Source of the DNA: Rhizodiscina lignyota
Lineage: Eukaryota
Length of the DNA stretch: 64,000 nucleotides
Assembly (NCBI GenBank): GCA_010015805.1
Contig: ML978131.1
Location: forward strand, 372,001 to 436,000
Direction of reading: 5' to 3'
How positions within the stretch are numbered: position 1 is the first letter of the stretch; every line of letters starts with the position of its first letter. A program made the translations under genes and the position numbers. The notes beneath the pieces were generated by a model. It made no database searches, was not told where the DNA came from, and was given only the letters and a program-made list of their open reading frames with translations. Below are positions 1 to 13,048 of the stretch, piece by piece.

Positions 1-1845
1 CTTCGTACTTTTAACGCCGGTCTTCCGAAAACGCCACCGTGACGGTGAAAGAGTGGGCTCAGGTAAGTGGCGTCCGGGGAGCAAGTCAGACCTTGCCAGC
101 GCCTTGACATTTGATCATGCCACACGAGTCAAACTCGGCGGATGGCTGTTTTCGAGAATCTCCGTGTTTCCATCGCAACATTCTGATGCCGCCGCCAGTA
201 TCGTGATATAGATTCACCGCAGCAAGGGTTCCCTTCATCACGGTGCGGGACGTTGTCCAGTACCAGGGCTTGGCCTAGCACGTCTTAAGTGCCGCCCTAT
301 TAAGGCGATGAGCTGTCACACGATGGTCAGCTTGCCGATCGACAAATTCAAGCGTTTGGCGTTTGGCGTTTGTGCATGATGTTGAGATGTTGCTGCATTT
401 GTCGTCTGGAGTTGCACTTATCGTCTGGACAGATTGCAGAAAGCGGTGAATTACGTCGTCACTTGGCAGCGGCACACCCGCAACTGGATTCCATTCGGGA
501 AGCACTCTGGAGACACTCAGGAGTCGTATCAGTCATGAAGACTTGGGCCCATAATAGTGACTTTGGTACGTATCCTTCACAGGCTAGGGACGCGTCTCGC
601 GTCTCTTGAGAACGACGCTAAACATCTTGGTATGGAGAGCAGTTCAAGAATGCGATACGGAGCACTGTGAGTGGCTGCTTCACTGTCGGATAAAAGAACG
701 AGAGTGGTCAGGAAATCTCCATTGAGCATCGAATTAGGTCTGGTTGTTTGCCGCTAATCTGAGGGGATAAGGTTCGGCACGAGAATGTCGTAGGGACGCG
801 GAAGCACGGGAGCGTACCAGTGTAGAGCGTAAGCCAGTAATTGGTCCGAGAGGATCGTGAGCTGCTCCTTCAGGAGGCGGTAATCAGCGGGGAGAGAGGC
901 CCGAAGTGGTGACAAGTTGATCAAAGTGGTAGGGTAGATGGTCCGGGCTGAGGTGGTGGGCATCCCGTGTGCGTACGAACGAGCGGCAGTAACGTTTGAC
1001 TGAGGCTATCAAAAAATATCTCGTACATCCTTATGGCTGACCACGAGACTGCGATCGGCAAAGATCGTCGAAATCATAGGTGCCCGATATACTGCCGCCG
1101 TAGTAATGGCCAGCACATCTTTTTGGGGCCGCTCGAGCAGGAAGCCCTCGGTCTCGACGCTGTCTTGCATGGCGCCATGTGCAGAGATGCGGGCGACTGT
1201 ACGGTACTGACTCTGTATCTCTGAGAACAAACAGCGAGTTTCATCTTTAAGTACTCAAAGCACAGCAGACTTATGATGAGTTGTATGAGGCGCGAAGCTG
1301 TACAGCAATCTATCCGCATGATGGCCTGACGGTAGAAACCGCACAAATCGGTGTGACCGGTTCCTGAATTGTGTGCACCAGTAGGGTGGTCGAATTATTT
1401 TGATTCGCTATTCGCTCCAGTACCTTGCGTAGCAGTGACGATGGGTGTAGGGGGAATTGATAATACACGCTGCCTGAGGAAGGTGGTTGGGCCTTCGTTG
1501 GGCGAGTCGTGAAAGTGAGGCGGGCAGCAATGCGGATGATTGACGAGGGCATCCATGGCCTTGGGAGAATGCTGCACGCCATGGTGCCTATTGCTGCAGG
1601 GAAACCGCCGCTGTGAGCCTCGTGGGTTCGTTTTGCTACAGACGCCCGTGAGAGAGCTCTGAGAATATTTAATCCCAAAGATGGTCGAGTGTGCACGAGT
1701 ACCTTCGATGATCATCGGGGACGACTAGACTTTTGACTTCTTCGGACCGGTTGAGCTGTGTCCTAAAGCTCTCATCTGATCCATCAGAATAGAGAAGCTT
1801 CTTTTAACTTTTGTTTAAAGCTTGGACAATTCTTTGAGTCATAAA

Positions 1846-2243
1846 ATGGCAGACCCGAATACGTACTTCCTGCCTGGCTACGGCATCTCGCGATCGGTCA
1901 TCCAGAGCGAAATACGTTACTTCTGCGGTCCAGATGCGATCGTGAGGCCCTTTACGCACAAGGTAATACAGTTGATCATGAGCTTTTAAGGAAAGATGTA
2001 CTCAGCCTCGAACAGGGTCGCGATGGTTTCCTTGTCACCAGCACCGCGCCGCCTTTGACCGAGGTTCGTCCTTGATCTGCCTTGGAAATGGGTTTGATGG
2101 GCGCTGATATTAGCCAGCAACAAATCCAAGATCTAAAAATCGCCTCCAAGGTCTTCGAAGAACGACAAGCCAGTCAAAACGGCAACGCTGGATCGGTGAA
2201 CAAGCCCATCGCAATGGGAAGCCACACCCGCCGCCGACACTGA
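1846..2243 (+). CDS. Small 96-aa spliced protein resembling the fungal RfeG-like family (absent from ORF track)
   Basis: Exons 1846-1962, 2016-2063 and 2118-2243 joined by two GT-AG introns give MADPNTYFLPGYGISRSVIQSEIRYFCGPDAIVRPFTHK-GRDGFLVTSTAPPLTE-QQIQDLKIASKVFEE...RRRH*. The YFLPGYGISR..I..FCGPDA.VRP..GRDGFL pattern matches the RfeG-like family as recalled. Confidence 0.8.
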
Positions 2244-2771
2244 CGAAAATCCATTCTGAAATCCCCGATTTAATGCTGGCATTGGAGTTGGCATTCCATG
2301 ATCGTTCAGCGCTGGCGTACGGTGTTTTTCTGGTGTTCGAGTATTGGGTGGCGTTTGAAAGATTTCATTAGGCGGAGAGCTCTGGGAAAAATGAATGCGC
2401 CATGATGTACGATGTTCGAAAGCACGTGATTTGGGCGGGACAGCTTTTTTATAATTCTGGCGGCTTCCTTCTTACCTAGCGCCCTTCTCTTTCACGTCCG
2501 TCTTATACGTCTTGGACGTCAAGGCTGCGTTGCGATGTCTGACGGCGACGACATCTCCCTAGATGTCGTTGACGATCACGACTTTGTAAAAGTCATGACA
2601 CTCACTCGAATTTGTCTCACATCTACGAAAAGAGAATGCATCGGGATCGTCCAGAGCAATGTGTTTCCATTATTAGATGGAGCCTTATATGGTTGAATTG
2701 CGTCTTCCACTCTTGTTCACTCATGACTGCCAGAGCGCACAACTCCAAGAATGAAAATTGATCTCAGAAAA

Positions 2772-4866
2772 TTATAGGCGGCACTCCAGTGCTCCATTCC
2801 TCCAATCATGCGTCGTCAGGTTGGGATACATGTAGGCCGTTATCTCCAGAAGCTCAGTCAATGGCGTCGGGATCCCGTGTGCTGGGACGACACTGGCGAG
2901 CAATCCATTAGTGCTGCGACAGCATCACCTCTTGCAGAGTTGGGCGTAAACGTACAGAGCACTTTTGCTGAGGCCATCATACAGCATTTGATCCAACCAC
3001 TGCCTCGCGAACCCGATGTCGAACTGTATCGCGTCCGTTCCGGGAGACCAAGCGTCTGCATTGAAGACAGCCACGCCGTCATTTTTATCCGGACACGTGG
3101 AAGTGACCATCATGTATGACCAATCAGAAGCATGGACGGCCTCTTCCCTCCACATGAACCATGCTTGCATATTTCGGTCTTTGTGAACATACGGTCGTTC
3201 CTCTCTATGGCAAGTCCGATTAGCGCCCAACCACCCACGCGAGCTATCAGGGATTGCGAACGTACGTGAAGATCACGAACTCGGCGCCAGGAATGCTGGA
3301 CCAATATCTCGTTGCCATCTCAGGAATGATCAACTTTGCTCCGAGCTTTACATACTTAGCCGCTTCGCCTGCATGGTCTCTATGATGGTGTGAGGGCTGA
3401 GGCAATGAGGCCACGGTGTCAGCGTTGGGCTCGAACTGCATTTCTTTTTGACCTTACCCAAACATGTGTAATCGGCTTGTTGATGTTCTCCTGAATCCAT
3501 TCAATGACTTGTGAACTTTGGTGTTCCGGCGCATCCGCAACAATTACACCATCCTCGAACTCCATGACCAACTGAGAGTATGCCGAATTCTCAAACATCA
3601 CATTCCAGAGTTTGGGCACGTTACTCAGAAAACGAGTTGCTGACAGATTCCCTAGAGGTTCTGTGTCGAATCCCCATATCATGTTTGAAAAGCCTTCCAG
3701 AATCTCTGCGTGAGAGAGGTCGGGGTCCGCCTTCGGCGCGACTTTGGGTGCATCGCTCTCGTTTGCTGGCAGGCCAGTAAAGAAATCGGAATCGAATTCT
3801 GGATTCATATCAATGTGTTCGACAAGGAAATCTTCGAGGACCGCATCACTACCGAGCTCGTTATCGTAGACAGACTGAAAGCGCCGAGGAATCTTGACGC
3901 CATCAACGATTGTATAATTGGATACCTGGAGATCGTATGTGCAAGGCCCGTAAACGGGATGAGTTTGATAGGAGCGGATAACGTGCGGGAGCCCCGTCGT
4001 AGGGTCGAAGACGACAGTCAGGTTCAACTTCGCGTCGGTCACTATGCTTCGGATCAGTTTTATACTACCGCTAATACGAAAATCAATGTATACCCGCAGG
4101 AAGTTGGATGCCTTTCCGCAATTGGACGAGTGATGATGAAGCAGCATTATTGGACTTGATCTGCCCCGCGTTAGCCTCAACGTGTACCTACGAACGGCTA
4201 TGAAAACTCACCATTGTCATCAACAACGGCGACATCATCGTCTCCAATTGCACGAGATACTCTGCAAGAGCGGCTATTTCCCTCATTGTCAGCCTCACCC
4301 CGAGGATGGCAACCCAAGCGAAGGACCTACCATCTGTATAGCCCGCAGTGTATGTTGGCTCCATATATATCAGATTATTCCCTCGAACATAACATGCGAA
4401 TCCATTTTCACCACTCTTTACCACCAAGGAATAGTCAATTGGATCAAGGTTGCCCTTTCCCCATATCCAATAATCTGAAGGGACAAAATGTCGATCGATA
4501 CGTTGCTCCAGCGCCGTGCCCCCAAAGGAGAATGAGATGTTCTGGTGACCTTCAATGGAAACGAATTGATCCGCCTTGATGAGATCGTAGTTCTGCATAA
4601 GCGTTTGAGTGCGGTAGACGCTGACTTAAGTTAGGCAAGGAAGAGACTTGATATCTTTCACGATGTATTTTGACGTACCTGGGCGAGCGATAAGTGATGC
4701 CCTTGACCGTATTCAGAACCTTCTCTCCACCAAGCGCCCCCAGTGACCGCTCAATAAGTTCCTCAGCTGACGACACATTGCTCAAAGACGGAGGGGATAG
4801 TGAGGTGGCAACGCTCGCTCCTGAAGCCCACGATAATAGGGATAGTAGACAGAGCAGGTAGGACAT
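2772..4866 (-). CDS. Secreted metallo-beta-lactamase-fold hydrolase, multi-exon
   Basis: Signal peptide MSYLLCLLSLLSWASGA. ORF-track fragments at 4552-4866, 4188-4598, 3419-4180, 3247-3441 and 2925-3230 join via introns. Motifs THVWPSHHHRDH (HxHxDH, 3373-3390), VHASD, FNAD and last-exon VVPAHG. Stop TAA at 2772-2774. Confidence 0.8.
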
Positions 4867-5696
4867 ATTTGAGATTAATGCTACACAAAAGGCAGAGGTT
4901 TCGATTAAGGACTATGATTGAGACCGGGAGGAGTACGATACTCTTTCATACTGTACCCTTTATATTCCGCGGTTTTCATCCTCGATCCTTGGAGAGTCGG
5001 TAAATTGCTCAGCCTTGTCATCTACGTCAATGCCTATTAATTCAGTATCTTTGGAGTCTTGTGCGGAGAGGGACGTATGCCATCTTCCGGCAAGGCTACG
5101 ATGCCAAAGACGGATCCGGGTCAGGAAGGCTTGCTGGCTTGTTCACGCGGGAGGCCGCTCTCTACGTACCGCCGCGCAACATGCATTACACCGCGTAAGA
5201 ACCTAAGGACACCTTCTCTTTGGACTTCAGCGACAATCTGAAGACTGAAGTAAGTCGGATTATGCTTGTAACGGCAAGGCGGTCGATGGAAGACAGGAGG
5301 CTGTGAGCATTCGGAAGGTGAAATGCAGATCAGCGGAAGACCGAAAATCCCGCGATGCCCCTTTTTGCATGCCAAACGCGCAAAACTCTACGAAACGAGC
5401 TAGGAGCGACGACAGACAATGTTGACGATACTCCGTACAGCGGTACGAGTATGTTCCGCACTATTCAGATGTCGAACTACATCGGGGCTGAGGCTCCTAA
5501 AATATTTTGGAATATCCAAATTACTTGGAAGCATAAAGAGTGAGGATAATACCAAAGACGAACGATCTAAATAGCAGAAATTGACCGGGACAAATTGATC
5601 AGTTTAAATTAACTGATTCATTATTCTTGTACTCTCCTTCGTTCTATATAGCTCACTCACTATACATTCTCCCACAACCCTCCAGAACCAGCAATC

Positions 5697-6656
5697 ATGA
5701 CAAGAGCAGGATACATTGACCCTAATTGGCCGAATCCAAACGGCCCTCACGATGCTCGCATCATAATCTACGGGTAACTCAATCCAAGTCTGGCAGGGCT
5801 CATGCTGCTGATATCAAGAACTGACATCGGAACAAACAGCTACGTCCCAAGTTTCGCTCTCTGCATTATCGCTGTCGTCCTCTTCGTCCTTGCCTTTCTT
5901 GTCCATGCCGGCCAAATCGCGAAATATCGAACATGGTACTTCATTCCGTTAGTGGTTGGACTCGGATTCGAAGTCGTCGGCTACGTCTCGCGCTCCCTTT
6001 CCGCAAAGAAAGACCCATACAACATCACCTTCTTCGTCCTACAGTACTTCTTCATTGTAACGGCACCCATCTTTATCACTGCGAGCATATACGTCTGTCT
6101 TAACAAGCTCATAGCTTGGGCTCAACAATCGGGCTATGACGCAGAGCAAAGGCATTGGTTGCACCCAAGGATTTTCCTGTGGGGCTTCGTGACCTGTGAT
6201 GTCGTGACCACAATCGTCCAGATTGTTGGCGCGGCGCTCATCGGGAATCGTACGTCCGACGGGAAAGACCCAACGACCGCGAACAACATCCTCCTCGTGG
6301 GTTTGGCAATCCAGACATTCGCATTCACAACATTTCTCGTTATTCTGGTCATCTTTGTCTTATTTGTCCAGAGCGACAGGGGATTCGGTCCGAGCATTGG
6401 TGCGAAGAGCCCATTCGTCGCGGCTCTGATCTGCGCCTCGGTTTTGGTTCTTCTCCGCATCGTGTTTCGACTGGCAGAGACTTCTCAGGGCGTTTTCGGA
6501 TATTTGATGGTGCATGAGGCATTCTTCGGAGTATTGGAGTTTGCCCCTGTTGTCGTCGCTGTGTGGATTCTAGCTATCTGGCATCCGGGAAGATGTATAC
6601 AAGTCGCTCTATCAGCTGAAGGCAAAAGTGCCTCCCAAATACGATACGTCGCATAG
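5697..6656 (+). CDS. RTA1-like 7-TM protein (lipid-translocating exporter family)
   Basis: Exon 1 MTRAGYIDPNWPNPNGPHDARIIIYG, an intron ending at about 5839, then YVPS...GFEVVGY..R...QYFFIVTAPIFITASIY...FVTCDV...Q...RIVFRLAE...HE.FF..LE, typical RTA1 motifs with seven hydrophobic segments. Confidence 0.9.
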
Positions 6657-6820
6657 GTTTTTGGAGATGCGAATGGCTCTGGGGTGCCAATGGAAGGGTC
6701 TGGTAACTTGGTCGAGCCGCGTCTAGGTGGTGACTTGGTATCAGTTCTAAGGTTTATTATGGTTGTTATCTAGAGGTGGGATGGTTTTAATATTTCGATA
6801 GACGTCGTTTTCAGTTCTAA

Positions 6821-9024
6821 TTATGTAGGCATGTAGTATGTGTCCGTCCTATTCGATTCGTCTGTCGCAAATGCCAGCAATGCTGAGCTCTCGAAATTGG
6901 TCATCGTGAAGACTGGATCGAAAGCCGAGAATCCTTGTGGATCACCAAAATTCCATTGCTGGAAGTCTGCTGAGGACCACGGCACCGATTGGGATACGTC
7001 AGAAACGAATGGTTCCTGTAGACTTTGCTGATTCTGGTGCGGTAACCCTGCTTCAGCATTGAATGTGTACAACAGGCCACCCTCCACTGATGTCGCTGGA
7101 GTCCTTCGGAGCGATGCGTTGCTAGTTTCGGGGGGCTCCTCTGAGTGGTTCGCTGCTTCGTTGGAGTTATCAGTACTGCCGGTCTCGACCTCGACCGAGC
7201 CATCTGCAGACTTCATATACTTCATCGGCTCCAGGAGATCGTCGTCTTTTCCGGAACCATGGTCCGCACGAGATTGCCGAGCGTACCATGCGCTGAGTTT
7301 AGTCACAATGGTGTAGAAGGTCGCTGGTATATTGAAGTTCTCAACTCCGGCGGCCCGTTTCAGCGCAGCCATTGTCCGGTATAAGTAGTCAATGAGCTTG
7401 AGACTTTCGAAATCAATCATAGTCCCAATACTACTATCTTGAGACCGGGCGCTCACTGCGAGCTTGCTGAGAACAACAATAGCGTAGAACATCCGGGTGT
7501 AGACAATGACTGGAATGAATCGATGCGTGTCGGTATCCATCTCTAGGAAGATGTCCAAAATGGCGTGGGCAGACTCAGCAATTGCTAAAAGTGACGAAGT
7601 GTACACAGGACTAAGCAAGGATGCTACGCTGAAATGCAGTGGCCGGGGACGCATAAGATATGGCGGTCTGAATTCATCTGGGTCGTAATCGTGATGAAGG
7701 CATATCTCGTGAATGGCGCTCCGAACGTAATGGAAGTGGATTTTTAATGAACCTTGATGGAGTTAGTCTGCTGTGTGAGATGAACTCAATTCAACATGCC
7801 ATACCGTTAGTTTTATCCCAATTCGTCAGCTTCCAAGCTATAAGCTGCTTTTCGAAAGCTTTCAGGCTGGCTTGGGTTGTTGTTTCGCGAAGGTCCAGCG
7901 GGCTACGAGTTCGGTCAAAGCCAAGCACCGTCGCGGATTCTTCAGCAATATGCTGCAAGATTGCCCAGGCCGCCAGTGTTCTATCACTTGTAAGCTCACT
8001 CGTCTGCAGTCTGTCGATACAGTACTCCATCCAGTCGGAAAATTTCAGCATCGACGGACGGCGCAGTGCTAAAGCCATACTAGCTATTCCATGAGAACTC
8101 AACTCGTGGATCGTTCAATTGAGTTGATCATACATACCTTGAGCACAGAATATAACACGCGATGAAAGCCCTCCAGCCATGCATGGTCTCTGGTTTATCT
8201 GGATAGCTAGGATGGTTTCTCCGATGCTCCCTTCCCATCCGGAGGTCAAGAGCCATGTTCGCCGCCATGTGAGCATATTGCGTAAATTTCAACGCTGCAA
8301 ATCGGAACGGTGGATGGTAGAATATAGCAGTGATGATCAGCGCTTGCACAAGGTCGAGTGATTTCTCTCCATTGACGACGACCTTCTCGGCGTACAGTCC
8401 GTCCAATCTGTGCGCAAGTGACTGCGCTAGAGATGGACTCACGCTTGCTGCCGAAGCTGCTAAAATTGCTGCAAACAGTGCTGGTTGATTTCTGCGCATG
8501 TCCTGGACGGTTGGCATATTCGAGAAGACGATGAATGGCAGGTGAGGGAGGAGATTGTGGATGAAGTTGTCGAGGAGCTGTTGCTCTGAGGAGTCGTCCA
8601 ATTCGTCCATGTCGATCTCTGCCCAAGCCATTGTACTCAGCGACGGAGGCATTGGAAGATGGAGTTGGGCCACTTGTTCTTCTGCCGAAAAAGATTGAAC
8701 GTCCTCGTCCATCCCAGAATGAGGAGACCCGCTCTGGCTATCTCCCTCTGCCCCATCGATGCGATGCTTGAGCTGGCGCAGTTCCTTCTCGAGTTCCGCA
8801 ACTCTTGCATCCGTCCGTTTCCGCTTCTTCTTCGCCTGTGGTGCAATGTATACGCAGGCGAGTTTCTGCCTCTCGCAACGTGCACACTTCCCACTTGTAG
8901 GATTCTTGCCTTGGATACATCGTATTTTACGCCCTCGGCAGGGCTCGCAGGAGCGATTGAGATTATCGGCATACCGGCCTTCCTGAACAGATTCTGGTAA
9001 TTGTGTCATTTCTGTAGGTGCCAT
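6821..9024 (-). CDS. Zn(II)2Cys6 fungal transcription factor (3 exons)
   Basis: CEPCRGRKIRC...CARCERQKLAC binuclear cluster, basic KKKRKR stretch, coiled coil and middle homology region. ORF pieces 8128-9024, 7791-8102 and 6821-7654 are separated by GT-AG introns. Confidence 0.92.
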
Positions 9025-9725
9025 GCTGTTGAGCTGGACTCGCTGCTATGAACTCCTGAAAGATCGCTCGCCCCTTGTCTCCGTTGAAGTTAGGGTCGTA
9101 AAACAAGAGCAAGCACTCCTCTCTCATAATGAAGAGATACATCATGGCATTCGAAAGCGAGAACTCTAGCGATTCGAGTTACGTCCTCCTCGTGGCTAAG
9201 TTCGAGCTGAGGCCAGGGCTGGTCGGCGGTTCACAACGCCGCCACGGAGTAGGTAATTCACCCATCTCACCCCTGGATATCCTGTCCGAATTTGGTATTC
9301 GTAGCGAAATCTCAGGGAAAGTTACCAGTCCATTGGAACTTGGCATCGCAACCCACATGTTGACCGGTCTTAGATCCGCGGTAAGGCTGATAATTTGGAA
9401 TTCCTTATGTCATCTTCATCCTGTGTTCATCAATATTCTGGAAAGCGCTGGCTGAAAATTAGGCCGAGCCAATTGAAGCAGACCGGCATACCCGAGCGCG
9501 AGCAACTGAACTTTTGGAATAAGCAGCAACAACATATAGCATTGTGCTGAATAAGCTCTTACAGAGAGGAGCTTAGATACTTTTTTCTTTCTATCCTAGT
9601 GGACACGTGCTGGTATCGCTTTATGATCGTCGGGGAAATGCACCGCACTAGGAAAGACATCGATCGTAGCTCCCCATCGCTCATCAATCGTCACCCAATA
9701 AAACCAATCAGCCATGAACCTCATC

Positions 9726-12700
9726 TCATCCTCCAGGTCCACCGCCGCGATCCAGGAAGCTAACCAAGAAGCCTCTAAAGCCCGTCATGGCACCCTTTAC
9801 ACCCTTGTTATCTTCCTGCTGTCCATATCTCTTACCACTCCTCACCTGTTCGACAAGTGCCGCAACGTATCTCTCAATATCCGCATCGTTCGCGCCCATG
9901 CCGCTGAGCTGACGCCTCAGCTCATCAATGTACAACTGGCCCGTCTTGCGCAAGGTGGTTTCTTGTAGCGCCGCAATCTGCGTGATGAAGGTTCGAGCCT
10001 GGGGATCCTTTGCCTTGAAACTAGTGCTTGACGGGATTATCCATACAAGAGGGGAGAAGCGGGAAACTGCGAAACTGTCGAAGCCTGGAAAAACAGGCTG
10101 TGGTGCGTCAACCACGCCATTTTGCTGCTGTTGTCCGGGCATGGTCCCATTAGGAACCTGAGGCAGCACGACGTCTGGTCCACCCCAGGCAACTGTCATC
10201 TTTGTGAAGACATCCAGTGCAACTCTCGCATTCGCCACGTCGGAAACGTCGCTAGCGTAGTGCGTTACAACATTAACGATGGTGTCGAACGTAGCCTGGT
10301 TGGTGGTCGAGACGAGAACGGATGCTAGGTCATGGTTCAACACCACGAGTATGAAACTCAGAAACTCGAACTTCAAGCCAGCCTGCTCTCTTGCATCGTC
10401 GGTGCCGTTTGTCTGAGCAGCCAGACCTGCGAAAACCCGTTGGAGCAGAGTTCCGAGTATGGTGTCGAGAATGTTTGCAATCTCTGTCTTGAAGCCGAAG
10501 ATAATCTGATCAAGGAGTCGCAAGAATGTGCTCATCTCGTCATTTGTAGATGAATCAGACAGCAAGCCATCAATCCAACGGGGCAACTGCCCCAAGACTC
10601 GTGATCCAAGAACACCGATCATCCTAGACAGGGAAAAGCGAGCAGCAGTGCGGATCTTATCAGAAGCTTTCAACGATTGGAGCGCCACCAGAATTGCTTC
10701 AGATGCACGCGTGAACTCGTCTCCGACTTCGCTAGGTGGAGGCACGCCAGAAGACGCTCCAGGCATCCAGTCAGAGAAGCCACGGGCCAGAGTACCAAGA
10801 GCCATAATGTCGTGATGTAGCTGAAGGACTGAGCTCTCGTCGCCGCTTTTAGCCGATCCAAGGTATTGCTCCATATCGCCGAAGATTGGATTTGTGATTG
10901 ACTGAGCGAAGATGATCTTCTGGTCCACTGGTACCGAAGGGGCTGAAGATAGGCAGCCCACAGTCTCGAAGAGGTTGAGCTGGCTGTCGAACAGTGCTTC
11001 TGCGGAGTCGCCTTTGTCGTCCGAATCCATATCGTCTTCATCCTCCTCATTTCTTGGCAGCTCTGCCTTGATTTTAAGGAGGTCTGCGATCGCTTGGATA
11101 ACAGTTTGCGAGACATTGCCCAACTGGGCTCGGAGAGGTTTAACGAACCGCAGGAAGAGGTACCAAGAGCGCGTCTTGACGCGTAATACGTCGAGATGAA
11201 TAGTCTGGACAAATGATTCCAGCACTTGCGGGATGTACTGAGGGTTCTGCTCGAAGAACTGACTGTAGCGGACGCAGATCTCCATGAATTGAAGCTGTAT
11301 GGACGGAAACGCGTGCGATCCAACACCTGACGAAGTTAGAGCTGAACTGAAATATTGAGGGCCGATTTTGCCCACCAGTCTGCACCATCTTCGACATCAT
11401 CTCCACCAGTGTTTGTGCAGCTGCCGAAGATGGCTCCCTTTTCGCATACAAGCCTCCGTTCTTGACGGCTAATTCCCCAAATTGATACATCTCGTGCAAA
11501 GCCAGGTCAAGGTCGCGCCAGTTCATCGAGTTTGGATTGCTCTCAAACTTTGTGAACGTGTCTGCAACTACTCTGCTCACTGTCTGGATGTAAAGCGGCT
11601 CGTCGATGACTGAGATTGTCTGTTGGAGTACATACAACCTCTTCCTGAGCTCTTGAAATTCTGCCTCTTCTGTCTGTTCGCTTTCATCGCCCCATGGTAA
11701 GGACTCGTCGATCTTCATCTTTCGAATAACCACCTCAAGAATCGGAAGAAGCATGCCGTGGTACAGAGGCGCAAGGCCCCCTTTGGCTTTCGCGATTTTC
11801 CGGAAGAAAGTGAGGAGGTCCGTCAGCGAAGGAATAACCGTCGAACAGATCTCGTCAAACTCGTCACTAAAGAACCGTAATAAGTATGGGACAAACACCT
11901 GAAGAAGCTCGTCCCCTTGTTGTCGAGTCTCGCCCGGAACGCCATCGTTCTCTACTACTTTGACGATATCGGTCATGACGGTATTCACCAATTTCGCAAC
12001 GGTTTCCGCAAGATCTGTGTCGTACTCTGAAGATAACTGATCTGCTAGAGCAGGGCTCGCGCTCAGTTGGCTCACGACAGTCCCGATATTCAAGACTCGC
12101 ATGAGCTGAACTTTCTCTGCCGCCTGCATCTTCTTGGCAATAATCTCCGTGAACGTGTCGATCGCCGCATCGCGTGTCTGCGCCTGAGCCTGAGCCTGAG
12201 TCTGCTGCCGTGATATTTCGAAGAGCGCGTTGATGATGGTTTCGTTGACTACAAGCGATATGTCGATCCACATGACCCAGCGGCTAATGGTACGGAGGCA
12301 CATCTCGACGATGGACGCGTCCATCTGCTGCCACTGCCACTTCGCGAGAATCTCTTGCCAGGAAGCCGCAATCTTCTGCGCGTCTCTTGCTCGGATCAAG
12401 TCTTTCAGCTCGCCATGCTTCTTCTGCATTTGAGGCTCCTTTGGCTGCAATGTATCCGCGATCTCATCGTGCACTGAGCCAAGAAACCTCAGATAAAGTG
12501 CAGTTGCCCGTGGATTCTGTATGCCTAGCTGCTGGCCGTCTCCAGCCAGCGCCCGAAAATCGTCAAAGCATCCTGGCCACTCAGACGCGTAAAGTGAGAT
12601 GAAGAGGTAAGTGAACGTCTGCGTCAGCTTGTTCTGGATGTGTGGTGTATCCACCAGTTGCGAACCCAGGCCATACGTCTGCCGCGCATAGTCCATCAAC

Positions 12701-13048
12701 GAGCCGCGGAGGTAATTAAGCGTCTCGGGTGATTGTCCCGGCAGCTGTACCGTGTAGTTCAACACCTCCATACAATAGTGCCGTGTGAAGTCGGACGCTC
12801 GAGGCTCGCGGGTGAAGATAGCTAAGCAGACCTGCCATGCTGAGGGTTCGGATTTGAAGGACTCGAGGAAAGTGAGGGCTTGAGGTTTGAGGTCGGCTTG
12901 GACCGTGGGATTCCAGGCGATTTCGATGGCCTTTTCGACCTGGTGGAGCATGCGAAGTTAGCGGGTGTTTCAAAACTTCCATGCTTCCTAGATGGATAGG
13001 TGGTGTGAGGTCGCGGCGAATGAAGCATACCTGCGCCTGAGCATCCAT
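9726..13048 (-). CDS. LOS1: Exportin-T (tRNA exportin)
   Basis: Exon 1 MDAQAQ, intron, then VEKAIEIAWNP..LKPQALTFL; HIQNKLTQ; SVHDEIAD; DLIRARD; WIDISLV; EAEFQELRKRL; RSWYLFLRFVK. Second intron GTGGGC...CTAACTTCGTCAG near 11327-11375 joins the 603-aa and 549-aa ORFs. Confidence 0.93.

Noticed and set aside
700..1005. G-rich stretch and 69-aa minus ORF considered as a structured ncRNA (RNase P/MRP, SRP) or small gene
   Set aside because: No diagnostic conserved boxes or protein motif could be confirmed by eye; would need a covariance-model search.
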